Under the pieces are notes generated by a model that worked only from the letters and a program-made list of their open reading frames with translations, did no database searches and was not told the origin of the DNA. Source: a bacterium (GTDB lineage: Bacteria > Patescibacteriota > CPR2 > UBA1875 > CAIMLA01). Taken from it: 64,000 bases of DNA. The stretch lies in NCBI GenBank assembly GCA_037129835.1, contig JBAXUE010000002.1, positions 66,334-130,333 on the forward strand, written 5' to 3'. Positions 9,288-19,774 of the stretch are shown here, piece after piece (within the stretch, counting starts at the first letter, position 1; the number at the start of each line of letters is the position of its first letter). The translations under genes and the position numbers were made by a program.

Positions 9288-10584
9288 CTTGCTTTCTTTC
9301 TTCTAGCCTTTTTTTGATCTCTAACTCTGCACCATTTGAGCTCGGTTGATAATATTTCTTGTGCTTTAATTCTGGTGGTAAATATTCTTGTTCAACGAAG
9401 TGTCCAGGATAATCATGAGGGTACTTATACCCCTTCCCTTTTCCTTGACTTTTATCAAAACCTGTTGGTGCATTTACGATATGTTTAGGCACACCGCTGA
9501 ATTTTTCTTCTCGAACATCACGAAGTGCATTATCGATAGCAAGATATGAGGCATTCGACTTTGGTGCACTGGCGAGATATATAACACATTGTGCGAGATT
9601 GATTCTTGCTTCTGGAAGGCCGATTTTTGTAACTGCATCGAAGGTGGTATTCGCAAGCACTAGTGCCATCGGTGCTGCATTGCCGATATCTTCAGAGGCA
9701 AAGACCAACATTCTGCGAGCAATAAACTTAGGATCTTCACCGCCCTCTATCATTCTTGCTAGCCAGTAGATTGCTGCGTCAGGGTCACTACCACGCATTG
9801 ATTTGATAAAAGCCGAGATAATATCGTAGTGCTCGGCGCCCTGTTTGTAACTACTGATGAATCTTTTACTAATTGCTTGTTGTAAAATATCTTGAGTAAT
9901 TTTGTTATTCAATAATTTGGAATTTGACGCGATTTCTAATGAGTTTAGGGCCACTCTTGCATCACCGCTAGAATATTCAGCCAGAGTCTCGAGTGCTTTC
10001 TTGTCTATCTTGATTCCCCTGTCCCCAAGACCGTTTGTTTTATCCTTTAGTGCAGCCTTAATAATGTTTATTATATCTATTTCTTCAAGTGGTTTTAGTT
10101 CGAATAGTTTCGACCGAGACATGATGGCAGAGTTGATTTCAAAACCTGGATTCTCGGTCGTCGCGCCTATCAAAATAATAGTACCGTTCTCAATATGAGG
10201 AAGAAAACCGTCTTGTTGAGATTTGTTAAAACGATGTATTTCGTCAACGAAAAGAACAGTTTTTTTGTCATAAAGCTCTCTGTTTTCTTTTGCTTCTTTG
10301 ACTACTCTACGGAGATCGGCTACACCGCTAGTAACTGCGCTAAATTCTTCGAAATTGCTCTTTGTTTGGTTTGCGATAATCCGTGCGAGAGTAGTTTTGC
10401 CAGTTCCCGGTGGCCCCCATAGGATTATCGAAGAGAGAGTATCATTTTCGATAATTTGTCGTAGAAGTTTCCCTTCACCGACGATGTCCTCCTGACCAAA
10501 AAAGAGATTAAAATCAGTGGGCCTCATTCTGTCAGCAAGAGGTTTGTGAGAATTATTTTTATTAAAGATATTTGGTATTTCCAT
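9280..10584 (-). CDS. rarA: Replication-associated recombination protein A (RarA/MgsA AAA+ ATPase)
   Basis: GPPGTGKTTLARIIAN Walker A; FVDEIHRFNK; MgsA C-terminal helical domain. Confidence 0.85.
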   Translation of the reverse strand: MEIPNIFNKNNSHKPLADRMRPTDFNLFFGQEDIVGEGKLLRQIIENDTLSSIILWGPPGTGKTTLARIIANQTKSNFEEFSAVTSGVADLRRVVKEAKENRELYDKKTVLFVDEIHRFNKSQQDGFLPHIENGTIILIGATTENPGFEINSAIMSRSKLFELKPLEEIDIINIIKAALKDKTNGLGDRGIKIDKKALETLAEYSSGDARVALNSLEIASNSKLLNNKITQDILQQAISKRFISSYKQGAEHYDIISAFIKSMRGSDPDAAIYWLARMIEGGEDPKFIARRMLVFASEDIGNAAPMALVLANTTFDAVTKIGLPEARINLAQCVIYLASAPKSNASYLAIDNALRDVREEKFSGVPKHIVNAPTGFDKSQGKGKGYKYPHDYPGHFVEQEYLPPELKHKKYYQPSSNGAELEIKKRLEERKQDV

Positions 10585-10627
10585 AGTCTTATTCTAAGCT
10601 TAGAGTAAGCATAATTCAAGTGTACGT

Positions 10628-12157
10628 CTAGACTGTCTGTATGCCATCATGTGTTATCTCAAGTACCTTACTTGGTTTTATGGCTTCAAGAAACTCTCTG
10701 TCGTGAGTAATTACTATGTACGTTCCAGAGTATTTGTTGATAGCGGACTGAAGCTCTTCTGCGGCAGCAATATCCAAATGATTGGTTGGTTCATCAAAGA
10801 GCAGGACATTGGCTCCTTTCCACGACAAGCTAGCAAGTATCAATCTCTGTCTTTCTCCTGGGCTCATCTTTTCAGCAACTATATTATTCTTTTCATCTAG
10901 GTTAAATCTAGCGAGAACTTGTCGTAGTTTTCCTTCGGTTAAGCTTGATTTATCTGCCTCTAGTCCAGTCATGATCTTGAAATTATCTAGTAAGCTTTTA
11001 TCTGGTGCTGGAATCGATTGATCCTGGTCAATAAGGCCAAAGTGGACACTGGGACCGATGGATATATCTCCCGAAGTGGGCTTCAGTTCTTTGAGTAATA
11101 TTTTTAATAATGTAGTTTTACCTACACCATTAGCTCCCACTATCGCTATTCTATCCCCACGATTTACCTCTAGAGTCAGGGGTCCTATCTTTCGTTCTTT
11201 GCTTAGGTTTATTTCGACTTTATCTAGCTTTGCAATCGAGTCACCCAGATATTCGTGGTTATCAAACAGGAAATTTAAGTCCAACTCCTTTTGAGGCTTC
11301 GACTTATCGTCCATTCTACCGATTCGATTTCTTAAAACTTCAGTTTGACGCCCTAGTTTTCTGGTAGCAGATTCTTTCTCCCTATTGAAAGCGAGCTTAT
11401 CGTTATCCTTTTTGTTTTTTGAATTATTCGATTTTGTCGCATTTCTTTGCATTTCCCGATAAGCTTTTTCTGCTCGTTTTTTGTCTTCTAAGTAGTTCTC
11501 ATAATCAGATTTGATTTTTTCTTTTTCTAGATGTTTTTCGTTGAGGTAATCATCATAGCTCATATTGTATGTCGCCAGTCCAGTCGCGTTAGCGCTAAGT
11601 TCCAGTACTTTTGTGCTCAATTTACGGATAAAGGTTCGATCATGAGAAACAAAAATCACAGCCTTTTTGTTATTTAGTAAATACTCTTCTAAAAGTATCA
11701 GGCCTTCTTTATCGAGGTTATTTGTAGGCTCGTCGAGTAAGAGAATGTCACTACCCGCAAGCATAATAGTAGCCAGAAGAAGCTTCGTTTTTTCTCCCCC
11801 AGAAAGTGTGCCAACCTCTCTATCTAGAGATATCTCTCTAATTCCGGTCGAATCAAATACCTTTAATCTTTGAAACTCTTCGATATCCCCTATTCTTAGC
11901 TTTAGATATTCAAGAACGCTGCCCTTATAATTTGCCGGTATTTCCTGGGGGAAATAGCAGATACTTTGTTCTTTATCTTTCACTATTTCTCCCGAGTTTG
12001 CTTCTAATTCACCGGCAATTATCCGCAAGAGAGTACTTTTACCGACCCCGTTTTCACCTATTAGGGCGACCTTTTCACCCAAATCCAAAGTAAGAGAAAT
12101 ATTATTTAGTATTTCTCGACCTGCTATATTATAGTAAATATTATTTATTTTAATCAT
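10628..12157 (-). CDS. ABC-F family ATPase (tandem ABC domains, no TMD)
   Basis: Two Walker A (GENGVGKST, GANGVGKTT) and two LSGGE/MSPGE signature motifs with a charged linker. Confidence 0.85.
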   Translation of the reverse strand: MIKINNIYYNIAGREILNNISLTLDLGEKVALIGENGVGKSTLLRIIAGELEANSGEIVKDKEQSICYFPQEIPANYKGSVLEYLKLRIGDIEEFQRLKVFDSTGIREISLDREVGTLSGGEKTKLLLATIMLAGSDILLLDEPTNNLDKEGLILLEEYLLNNKKAVIFVSHDRTFIRKLSTKVLELSANATGLATYNMSYDDYLNEKHLEKEKIKSDYENYLEDKKRAEKAYREMQRNATKSNNSKNKKDNDKLAFNREKESATRKLGRQTEVLRNRIGRMDDKSKPQKELDLNFLFDNHEYLGDSIAKLDKVEINLSKERKIGPLTLEVNRGDRIAIVGANGVGKTTLLKILLKELKPTSGDISIGPSVHFGLIDQDQSIPAPDKSLLDNFKIMTGLEADKSSLTEGKLRQVLARFNLDEKNNIVAEKMSPGERQRLILASLSWKGANVLLFDEPTNHLDIAAAEELQSAINKYSGTYIVITHDREFLEAIKPSKVLEITHDGIQTV

Positions 12158-12193
12158 TTTGTGGCCTTATTCTAGGCCAAACACGGCTTATAT

Positions 12194-13444
12194 TCAAGTA
12201 GGTATCAGGGTGTTTTCTCGAAGCAACTTATCTAGTTCCCTTGCTTCATCGCTGACCTTTAAGGACATTTCATTATATCCTAGCAAGCTTAAGCCATCGA
12301 GTTCACGAATACGAGAGAGCGCGACATATCCAAGTCCATATGTAAATGCTCGGCTGAGGTCTATTTCGGCATAATCAAGAGTCATTCCTTGGCTTTTGTG
12401 TATTGTTATCGCCCATGCAAGCCGTAGCGGAATTTGTTCGATCCAGCCATCGAAGTCGATTTCTTCTATTCCCCAACGGATCGGCATCGCGATTATTTTG
12501 TTGCCCTTAAATGTTTCTACTATTGGATTGTTGGTTTCTAAATCGAAACCGATTATTGTACCCGTGGTGCCATTTACGTATCCTTTGGCAAGATTATTAA
12601 ATACGAACATTACAACGGCGCCGATCTTTAGCTTTAGTTTCTCGGGTGCGAGACAACCTTTTTTCATTTGGCCGACGATAAAGTCATCACCGCTCGACGA
12701 CATCAGATAGACTCTTTCGGCTTCATCTATCACTGCTAATCTCTGGAGATTATAGTCATCGACATTAGAATTGTGGGTAAAAAGCTTGGTGGGTATTATT
12801 CCTTCATCGAAGCCACAGTTTATTCTAGAGCTTAGTAGCTCGCAGGATTCTTCTGTCACTCTAGATTCTCTGATCTCGTTTAGAAGCCTATAAAGGTCGT
12901 TATTGTCGCTCTGTCTGTATTGTTTCTCGAGATAACATATCTGGAGGTCCATCTGTTGCCAGGCAGTGGATTTATTAACAAAATCACCACTAGATTTACC
13001 TTTCGCAACCGGAGGCAATTGGAAAAAATCTCCACAAAGCACTACTTGCAAGCCACCAAATGGCCCTAGATCCGTTCTTACTCTACGGCAAATCTCATCT
13101 ATCATGTCTAGTTGATGGGCGTGTAGCATCGATACTTCGTCTATTATCAGAACTTTTGCTTCTTGGATTCTTTTTACTGTAGATTTGTTACGACTAAAAA
13201 GCTTTTTGATATCTGCGCTAGTTATATTGTCCTTGATCCCTATCCCCGACCAAGAGTGGATGGTCACCCCGTTTAGATGTGTCGCAGCAATGCCAGTAGA
13301 GGCGGTAATGCCAACAGCAATATCGTTTTTATTTAAATACTGAATAAACTGGTTTAGTAGAAATGTTTTTCCAGTTCCTGCTTGGCCAGTTATCAGAGCA
13401 TTTTTGCCGCTTACTAATATTTCAAAAGCTTCTTCTTGGGTCAT
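12194..13444 (-). CDS. PIF1/RecD-like SF1 DNA helicase
   Basis: GQAGTGKTFLL Walker A; IIDEVSMLHAHQLD; GGLQVVLCGDFFQLPPV (PIF1 signature); C-terminal SH3-like barrel region. Confidence 0.7.
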   Translation of the reverse strand: MTQEEAFEILVSGKNALITGQAGTGKTFLLNQFIQYLNKNDIAVGITASTGIAATHLNGVTIHSWSGIGIKDNITSADIKKLFSRNKSTVKRIQEAKVLIIDEVSMLHAHQLDMIDEICRRVRTDLGPFGGLQVVLCGDFFQLPPVAKGKSSGDFVNKSTAWQQMDLQICYLEKQYRQSDNNDLYRLLNEIRESRVTEESCELLSSRINCGFDEGIIPTKLFTHNSNVDDYNLQRLAVIDEAERVYLMSSSGDDFIVGQMKKGCLAPEKLKLKIGAVVMFVFNNLAKGYVNGTTGTIIGFDLETNNPIVETFKGNKIIAMPIRWGIEEIDFDGWIEQIPLRLAWAITIHKSQGMTLDYAEIDLSRAFTYGLGYVALSRIRELDGLSLLGYNEMSLKVSDEARELDKLLRENTLIPT

Positions 13445-13552
13445 TTATGTATTATCCCGTTTATTGGGAATATATTCCAGTAGACAGTCCATATATTTTG
13501 AGTACGAGTGTGTTTTTATAGATGAAGGGTTAAGGTTATTGAAAATTATGAC

Positions 13553-14188
13553 CTAAATATTTTTTAATGTCTTGACCGCCCTGTTTGTTTGTTCAATAAA
13601 ATCACCTTTGTATTCTATGATACGGAGGTTATATTTGTTTGTTTCTTTTGTAATTTTATCAGAATATTGGCTGAGCATATTGGCAATTTTGGGATAAATT
13701 TTGTTATTTTTTGATTTATTTTTCACCCAGCATGACTCACTTTGATCTAGTAGTATATTATTGATAAAATCTTCAGATTTTTGTTTCGTCACTATTACTG
13801 CCTTTATCTTTTTTTCGCCGTACTGGTCTATCATCTCTTTTATAAATTTCGGCGCCAGGTGATATCCTTCTATTATGATATTGTGTCCGTCTCCCAGGGT
13901 ATACGCTATTAGCCCCCCGATTGCAGGTTGTGTAATTGCTCCTTGAGCGGTGTAGGCACGGATAATGTCTGTTGCAGAGTTATTGTTATACATTTCTTCA
14001 TTTGATGATGTATTCTCTCTAATTGTATCGATGGGAAATAGCCTCGCAATATCAGCTTTATCAATATAAGGCTTTACCATACCCTCGATAGTGTCTGTGG
14101 AGACCCACGGGATGCCAGTATCTATGGACAGTTTATTTGCGACCGTTGTTTTCCCACATCTTGGCGGCCCGCCTATAAGATATATCAT
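13553..14188 (-). CDS. P-loop NTPase / small-molecule kinase-like protein
   Basis: MIYLIGGPPRCGKTT Walker A at the N-terminus; size and layout of zeta-toxin/adenylate-kinase-like kinases; substrate unknown. Confidence 0.45.
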   Translation of the reverse strand: MIYLIGGPPRCGKTTVANKLSIDTGIPWVSTDTIEGMVKPYIDKADIARLFPIDTIRENTSSNEEMYNNNSATDIIRAYTAQGAITQPAIGGLIAYTLGDGHNIIIEGYHLAPKFIKEMIDQYGEKKIKAVIVTKQKSEDFINNILLDQSESCWVKNKSKNNKIYPKIANMLSQYSDKITKETNKYNLRIIEYKGDFIEQTNRAVKTLKNI

Positions 14189-14220
14189 ATATTACCTCAA
14201 AATTATTTTGTTCTTTAAGC

Positions 14221-15708
14221 TCATTGAATTTTTCCGAGAAATTCCCATATCTTGACCATCGCTAGTGTGTCGAGTCCACAGTAGTCCCAGAGGTCTTTTA
14301 GAATTTTCTCTTTTTCGTCTGGATTATTACCATCGAGGACCGCTCCCATCCACAGTCTTTGGGCAGCCAGTCCTTCGGATATTTCTAGGTCTTTGTGTGA
14401 AAGCTCGGGAATAAGTACAGGTAGAACGTGTTTTATTGAAGCACTACCGCCAAATCTAGCGTCCACGTAGTCAAACTCTATAAATGGAGTGATTAGATCG
14501 ATGATTCTCTCATTCAGATTATGATAAAAGGTATGAAACTCGGGCAACATCTCTCCCATATCCCGATTACATCCCTTTTCGAAATCTTCCCACCAGACTA
14601 GTACACTGCCTTTTTTGCCAATATTTTCTGCAAGAGATTGTGATAGTGGTAATACTGGATTGCTATTGTCCTTGTGTAGATATTCGAGATGTCTTACTTC
14701 TGCCCCAGGGCTATCTATAATATGTAGTGAATATTGGAAAGGCACTTGTTGAAACGGTTTATGACCGTCAAAATACGGTATCACACTGCTCATAGTCTCA
14801 TAGTCAAGAAAATATATAGGATACTCTATTGTTGCCAAGAATTGTTTAATATTTTCTTTATTAATAAGCGCTTTATTCTGTTTTAGGGCCTTTATTTGCC
14901 ATCCTTGTTTATCAGAGAGACCAGCGAAATCTTCTGGAACCTCGGCAATCTTCGTGTAACCAGCTTTTTCTAGCTTTCCTATCAGGGTCGCGCTAGGATT
15001 ATAGATATCATAGATACTGCCATCACCGCTTTTTATCCCTGCTAGTAGTTTGTATATTTCTATCCAGTCAGAAGTAGCCGAAAGACCACAGTGTGCAGGT
15101 GAAATATCTGGCATTTTATCTAGCTTGGCAGTTCTAAGAGCTTCTGCGATATTTTCTCTGGCCGCAGGTATTCGTTTTTTTACGGCATCGGTAATATCTG
15201 TGACCGTAGTAATGTCCTCGGGTTTTATTTCTCCTTGTCGAACGAAGTCTTTGTTCACATGAGCTACCATAATGTTGCGTACATGGTATCCCGAGTCCTC
15301 GATCACTATTGTCTGAAATGCCAGATCATGTTCGTGATATACTCGTGGTCCCGTGGAAGATTTGATTTCATATAGATCAATCATATTCTCGTCAACAAAC
15401 TGGATTACGTCAAAAATACAGGTTAGCTCCCCTGCTTCGAAACGACCTTGGAATATAGTTTTAGCGCCAGATTCGATTACCAGTTTTGTTCTACCCGGTA
15501 GAGATAGATACTCTTTGTAGCCGTCCCAGTTTAGCTTCACACCATCTGGAAAAAGCTTCTCGGCGTAGGTTTCAAAACGAAAACCCGCTGCGAATATCGC
15601 TTGAGTAGCCGCGTCGTATGGCGGCAGTTTCTTGGGCTCATTCTTTTTGAGCCAAAGCCAAGCAGGGTGTTTTAAATATAATAAATAATCAGATTTGGAT
15701 AATTGCAT
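14221..15708 (-). CDS. DUF2779-like protein (predicted PD-(D/E)XK-type nuclease)
   Basis: N-terminus LSKSDYLLYLKHPAWLWL matches the characteristic DUF2779 start; Cys cluster; about 495 aa as typical. Confidence 0.5.
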   Translation of the reverse strand: MQLSKSDYLLYLKHPAWLWLKKNEPKKLPPYDAATQAIFAAGFRFETYAEKLFPDGVKLNWDGYKEYLSLPGRTKLVIESGAKTIFQGRFEAGELTCIFDVIQFVDENMIDLYEIKSSTGPRVYHEHDLAFQTIVIEDSGYHVRNIMVAHVNKDFVRQGEIKPEDITTVTDITDAVKKRIPAARENIAEALRTAKLDKMPDISPAHCGLSATSDWIEIYKLLAGIKSGDGSIYDIYNPSATLIGKLEKAGYTKIAEVPEDFAGLSDKQGWQIKALKQNKALINKENIKQFLATIEYPIYFLDYETMSSVIPYFDGHKPFQQVPFQYSLHIIDSPGAEVRHLEYLHKDNSNPVLPLSQSLAENIGKKGSVLVWWEDFEKGCNRDMGEMLPEFHTFYHNLNERIIDLITPFIEFDYVDARFGGSASIKHVLPVLIPELSHKDLEISEGLAAQRLWMGAVLDGNNPDEKEKILKDLWDYCGLDTLAMVKIWEFLGKIQ

Positions 15709-15718
15709 ACTCGCCTAT

Positions 15719-15997
15719 CTAGTTGGTAAAGCCAACGTGCTTGGTATTTTCTTCTGCTTGCTCTATCTTAACTCCAAAACCGCTTTCATACTGTTCTATA
15801 TTGGTTTTGAGTGCCTCGTAGAGCCTTTTGGTGTGTCCTGGTGACATTATTATCCTTGAGAGCAACATTCCTTGGTTCTGGAAGATATTAATGAAATCTA
15901 GGGTAAATTCTTCTCTAGTATGTCCGATCATCGCGACATTGGCATAGTTTCCCTTCAGGGTGGCGTCATCGGCTTTTATTTGTACTTGTTGTTCCAT
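15719..15997 (-). CDS. DUF3467 domain protein
   Basis: ...YANVAMIGHTREEFTLDFI...SRIIMSPGHTKRLYEALKTNIEQYE matches the DUF3467 consensus. Confidence 0.6.
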   Translation of the reverse strand: MEQQVQIKADDATLKGNYANVAMIGHTREEFTLDFINIFQNQGMLLSRIIMSPGHTKRLYEALKTNIEQYESGFGVKIEQAEENTKHVGFTN

Positions 15998-16039
15998 AGT
16001 GTCTCCTTTTCTCTCTTCGTCATTCTGAACCGAGTGAAG

Positions 16040-16100
16040 AATCTAGGATTGTATCTGGATTCCTGCTTACCGCAGGCAAGCTTCTTTCCGACTCAGGATG
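16040..16100. repeat. GC-rich hairpin repeat (GTCATCC...GGATC family), copy A, inverted relative to copy B
   Basis: Reverse complement cgtcatcctgagtcggaaagaagcttgcctgcggtaagcaggaatcc is 44/47 identical to 19806-19853. Confidence 0.75.
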
Positions 16101-16122
16101 ACGATTTGGGGGTGTTAAATTA

Positions 16123-18852
16123 TTATTTTGATACTAATTTCTCTGCTACTAGTTGGGTTATTCTCTTTGGAGGTTTATTTCTAGCTTTAAATGTTTCTTG
16201 AACCAAAAGATAGAATAAAGCGATAAATATTGCTATTGCCCAGGCAGAGAAGTTAAGCGGTGCCATGCCAGCGAATTTCTGGAGAAAAGGAACGTAAATT
16301 AATAAATTTACAAACATAAAAGACACGGCCAGTCCTATCCAGACTCTTTGTGAACCAAGTAGTTTCCATACTGGTTTTCTGGCTGACCGTATAGAAAAAG
16401 CGTTGGCATATTGGCACAGGGCCATGGTGGCATAAGTGACAGTAGTGGCCGCAATATATGTTTCGTTATTCGGAAAAGCACTCCCCCAACGCCAACCATT
16501 TAGATATCCATATATGCAAAATCCCGCCACCGAAAAAACACCCAGCATTATACCACTCCTTACGATGTAGTAGATAGTATCTGTACCAAAGAGGATATCC
16601 TTTTTGTCTCTTGGCGGTTTTGACATCACATCATCCTCTTCTATATCGCCTGCAAGTGCGAGAGCCGGAAAAGCCTCTGCGCAGAGGTCGATTAATAGTA
16701 TTTGGATAACAAAAATCGGAGGCAAGCCGATAACTAGCCCAAAAACAACAGCAGTGAACTCCGCCATATTTGCAGTAAAGACATATTTTGTTGCTTTTTT
16801 GATATTGTCATAGACGATTCTGCCCTCTTTTACCGCCCAAACAATAGAAGAAAAACTGTCGTTCAGCGAAACCATTTCTGCAGCTTCTTTGGTAACATCT
16901 GTTCCTGTCAGCCCCATCGCTACGCCAATATCCGAGGTCTTTAGAGCCGGAGCGTCATTGACGCCATCGCCTGTGACCGAGACGATATTTCCATGTGCTT
17001 GTAGTACTTTCACTAGCCGCAGCTTGTGGATTGGGTCTACCCGAGAGAATATTACATCTCCAGTTTCGATAATCTGATATAGTTCATCGTCTTTCAATTG
17101 ATTTAGTTCATTACCGTCGATGACGCGCGGATCTATGTTCAGCTTGATTCTCTTACCTACGGCTGCTGCTGTCAGGCCATAGTCGCCAGTCGCCATTATT
17201 ATCTTTATTCCAGCTTCTTTAGCGATTCTGACAGTTTCTGCTACATCTTCTCTTGGTGGATCGATAATACCAAGAAGTCCTAAGAAAATCAGGTCAGAAT
17301 CGATTGTACTGCCATCCATAGGCTTATAGGCAGAGGCTATTACTCTCAGCGCATCCTTGGAATATTCGTCATTTGTTTTTTCGATATCTTTTCTATCAGC
17401 TGTAGTTAGTTCGACTGCTTTGCCACCCTTAAGTATTTTTGTACATTTTTGTAAGATAACCGCAGGCGCCCCTTTGACGTATACCGTCTTTTCACCTTTG
17501 TAGTCGACTGCCTTGGCCATGAATTTTCGTTCTGAAGTAAAGGGTATTTCCTCTACACTTTTCGCTTCCCTCTGCATCGTATAAGTATCTAGTCCTGCCT
17601 TTTCTGCTGCCACAAGCAGAGCGATCTCGGTTGAGTCACCGATATAATCTGGTTTGTGATGATTTTTTGTATCGACTTCGGCATTATTGGAAATAGTTAC
17701 AGCTTGAAACAATATATTAGTTTCATCCAGACAGCTTCTGTTGCACAGTTTTCCTTCACGGGTGATTTCCCCGTCGAGACTATATCCCACGCCCTTTATA
17801 TGATAATTTTCGTTATTAAAGTAAATCTCTTTTACGGTCATCTGGTTCTTGGTTAGGGTGCCTGTTTTGTCAGTAATGATGTAGTTTGCCTCACCTAGGG
17901 TTTCCACTGCCGAAAGTCTGCGGATAGCAGCCTTTCTTCTGGTCATTTTTTGGATGCCGATCGCAAGTGCGATAGACACCGTGGCTGGTAAACCCTCAGG
18001 GACAAGAGAAGATGCTACTCCGATGGCAAAACGAAAAGATTCTAGTGCGTCAAAGTGACCCTTTGCTACTGTATCGACTACGAGCAGGATGAGAACGACC
18101 CAGAAGGTTGCTTTGGCTACAGTCTTGGCAATCCGGTCTATCTCTATTTGTAGCGGTGATTTTGATACCTTTTGGGTCGAGGTTATTTTGGCAATTTTAC
18201 CAAAGCTAGTTTCCATTCCGGTGGATACCACCACACCGATACCGTTACCAGAGATTACGTCAGTTCCCATAAATACAGAGCCTGTTACATCGACTACGTT
18301 TCTCTCGTTCTCCTCTGTTACCATCGCTACTTTGGATTGTGTTTCAGATTCTCCTGTAAGTGCTGCATCATTCGTTTCTAACTCATTTGCAGATATTAGC
18401 CGGATGTCTGCTGGTATCTTCATTCCCTCGGAAAGAACAATAATGTCACCGGGTACGATATCCATGGCGTCGATAGTCTGGCGGTCATTGTCTCTGATAA
18501 CGGTTGCAGACTGAGCGACAAATTTCTTAAGAGCGTCTATCGCTTTATCAGCTTTGTATTCTTGGAAAAAACCAATAGTGCTATTGGCAATCACAACTAA
18601 AAAGATGACAATTGCATCTTTAGGTGCTCCTAGAATATATGCGAGACCGGCGGCCGTCAGAAGAACTATCGCTAGAAGGTCAGTGAATTGGACAAGAAAT
18701 TTGACTATATATGGAGTTCGTTTTTGCTGTACTAGCTTATTGTGGCCGTATTTATTGAGACGCGTTGTAACTTCTGCGCTCGAAAGACCTTTGTCAGTCG
18801 TCTTTAGAGTATCTAATACTTTAGTAATATCGTCATAGAGCAATGAATTCAT
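16123..18852 (-). CDS. P-type cation-transporting ATPase (P2-type, Ca2+/Mg2+-like)
   Basis: DKTGTLT phosphorylation motif, TGDGVNDAPAL hinge, N-terminal cation ATPase domain, about 10 TM. Confidence 0.9.
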   Translation of the reverse strand: MNSLLYDDITKVLDTLKTTDKGLSSAEVTTRLNKYGHNKLVQQKRTPYIVKFLVQFTDLLAIVLLTAAGLAYILGAPKDAIVIFLVVIANSTIGFFQEYKADKAIDALKKFVAQSATVIRDNDRQTIDAMDIVPGDIIVLSEGMKIPADIRLISANELETNDAALTGESETQSKVAMVTEENERNVVDVTGSVFMGTDVISGNGIGVVVSTGMETSFGKIAKITSTQKVSKSPLQIEIDRIAKTVAKATFWVVLILLVVDTVAKGHFDALESFRFAIGVASSLVPEGLPATVSIALAIGIQKMTRRKAAIRRLSAVETLGEANYIITDKTGTLTKNQMTVKEIYFNNENYHIKGVGYSLDGEITREGKLCNRSCLDETNILFQAVTISNNAEVDTKNHHKPDYIGDSTEIALLVAAEKAGLDTYTMQREAKSVEEIPFTSERKFMAKAVDYKGEKTVYVKGAPAVILQKCTKILKGGKAVELTTADRKDIEKTNDEYSKDALRVIASAYKPMDGSTIDSDLIFLGLLGIIDPPREDVAETVRIAKEAGIKIIMATGDYGLTAAAVGKRIKLNIDPRVIDGNELNQLKDDELYQIIETGDVIFSRVDPIHKLRLVKVLQAHGNIVSVTGDGVNDAPALKTSDIGVAMGLTGTDVTKEAAEMVSLNDSFSSIVWAVKEGRIVYDNIKKATKYVFTANMAEFTAVVFGLVIGLPPIFVIQILLIDLCAEAFPALALAGDIEEDDVMSKPPRDKKDILFGTDTIYYIVRSGIMLGVFSVAGFCIYGYLNGWRWGSAFPNNETYIAATTVTYATMALCQYANAFSIRSARKPVWKLLGSQRVWIGLAVSFMFVNLLIYVPFLQKFAGMAPLNFSAWAIAIFIALFYLLVQETFKARNKPPKRITQLVAEKLVSK

Positions 18853-18967
18853 AAATATATTTTATGCTATATATAGATAATAATGAAGAGAAATAAATAC
18901 AAATGGAGAAGGTCCGCGCCGGGAAGACGCTTTATATAGCTACCTTCTCGTTGCGGACCTCTTGGAC

Positions 18968-19342
18968 CTAGTCTTCGACCTCATCGATCCCGAGCATCGC
19001 TCTCGCGACTTCGATATCGGGTGCCAGGTCGAAGTTGTTGGTGTACTTCACCAACTTCTTAGAGACCTTCTCGTCCTCGGGGACTACGATCACAAACGGA
19101 ATGTGATCATTCATCAGGTACCGACCAAAGCTGTAGATACGGCCGATAGCCGCGCTACAAAGCTTGGTGACCATTGCGAGGTCGAGAATGACTCCGGCCT
19201 TGCGGGCCTTTATCAGAGTCTTGTCGAACTCGAGTCGGAGAACCGGCTCGACACTGTCGTCGAGATTTCCTCCGAGCTTCAGGATCACGGCCTTGTGGCC
19301 GTTACCTGCTTCGAACTTTTCGATACTGTGTACACAATGCAT
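18968..19342 (-). CDS. STAS-domain protein (SpoIIAA-like anti-sigma-factor antagonist fold)
   Basis: About 120 aa; alternating beta/alpha pattern with the conserved ...LDL..V..I.S..IG... region; sits in a locally GC-richer segment. Confidence 0.45.
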   Translation of the reverse strand: MHCVHSIEKFEAGNGHKAVILKLGGNLDDSVEPVLRLEFDKTLIKARKAGVILDLAMVTKLCSAAIGRIYSFGRYLMNDHIPFVIVVPEDEKVSKKLVKYTNNFDLAPDIEVARAMLGIDEVED

Positions 19343-19351
19343 ATATCCCCC

Positions 19352-19768
19352 TCAGTCGGTTTCTAGTATTGCCGGGTTTTCGGAAAAGAACCATGAACCC
19401 CACAGCTCTCTCTTGACACCTACTTGCAGCGAATGTACCCACATTCCCCCTATGGGGATTTCGAAAGAGGGAAAGAAATCGAGTTCGATCTCTCCCTGCC
19501 AAACCACTTTCTCACGGTCAACGATATCGTAGATGACAAGTGAGTCACCGGTCTGGAGCAAGTGCAGGCCATCATAGCCGCCTTGCCTTCCTTCTTCTTC
19601 GAAGGCCCAGAAACCTCCTTCGGTTCCGGTCTCGAAGTAGAAATGTAACGTACCCACAAGTTTCATGTGGCTCACCTCCCAAACGATGTTATCGTGATTG
19701 AGACAAAGAGGATTATACAACATAATGAGTGTTCTGTAAAGATAAACATATACTCCCCAGTCATCCAT
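19352..19768 (-). CDS. Hypothetical protein (true start may be the internal Met at about 19665)
   Basis: ORF only; N-terminal part overlaps repeat-derived sequence. Confidence 0.3.
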   Translation of the reverse strand: MDDWGVYVYLYRTLIMLYNPLCLNHDNIVWEVSHMKLVGTLHFYFETGTEGGFWAFEEEGRQGGYDGLHLLQTGDSLVIYDIVDREKVVWQGEIELDFFPSFEIPIGGMWVHSLQVGVKRELWGSWFFSENPAILETD

Positions 19769-19774
19769 GGCCCG

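Noticed and set aside
15920-16201. ORFs 15920-16201 and 19672-19869 sharing a ...CLPQASF..TQDD... peptide
   Set aside because: The shared peptide is the translation of the GC-rich hairpin repeat units, not a conserved protein.
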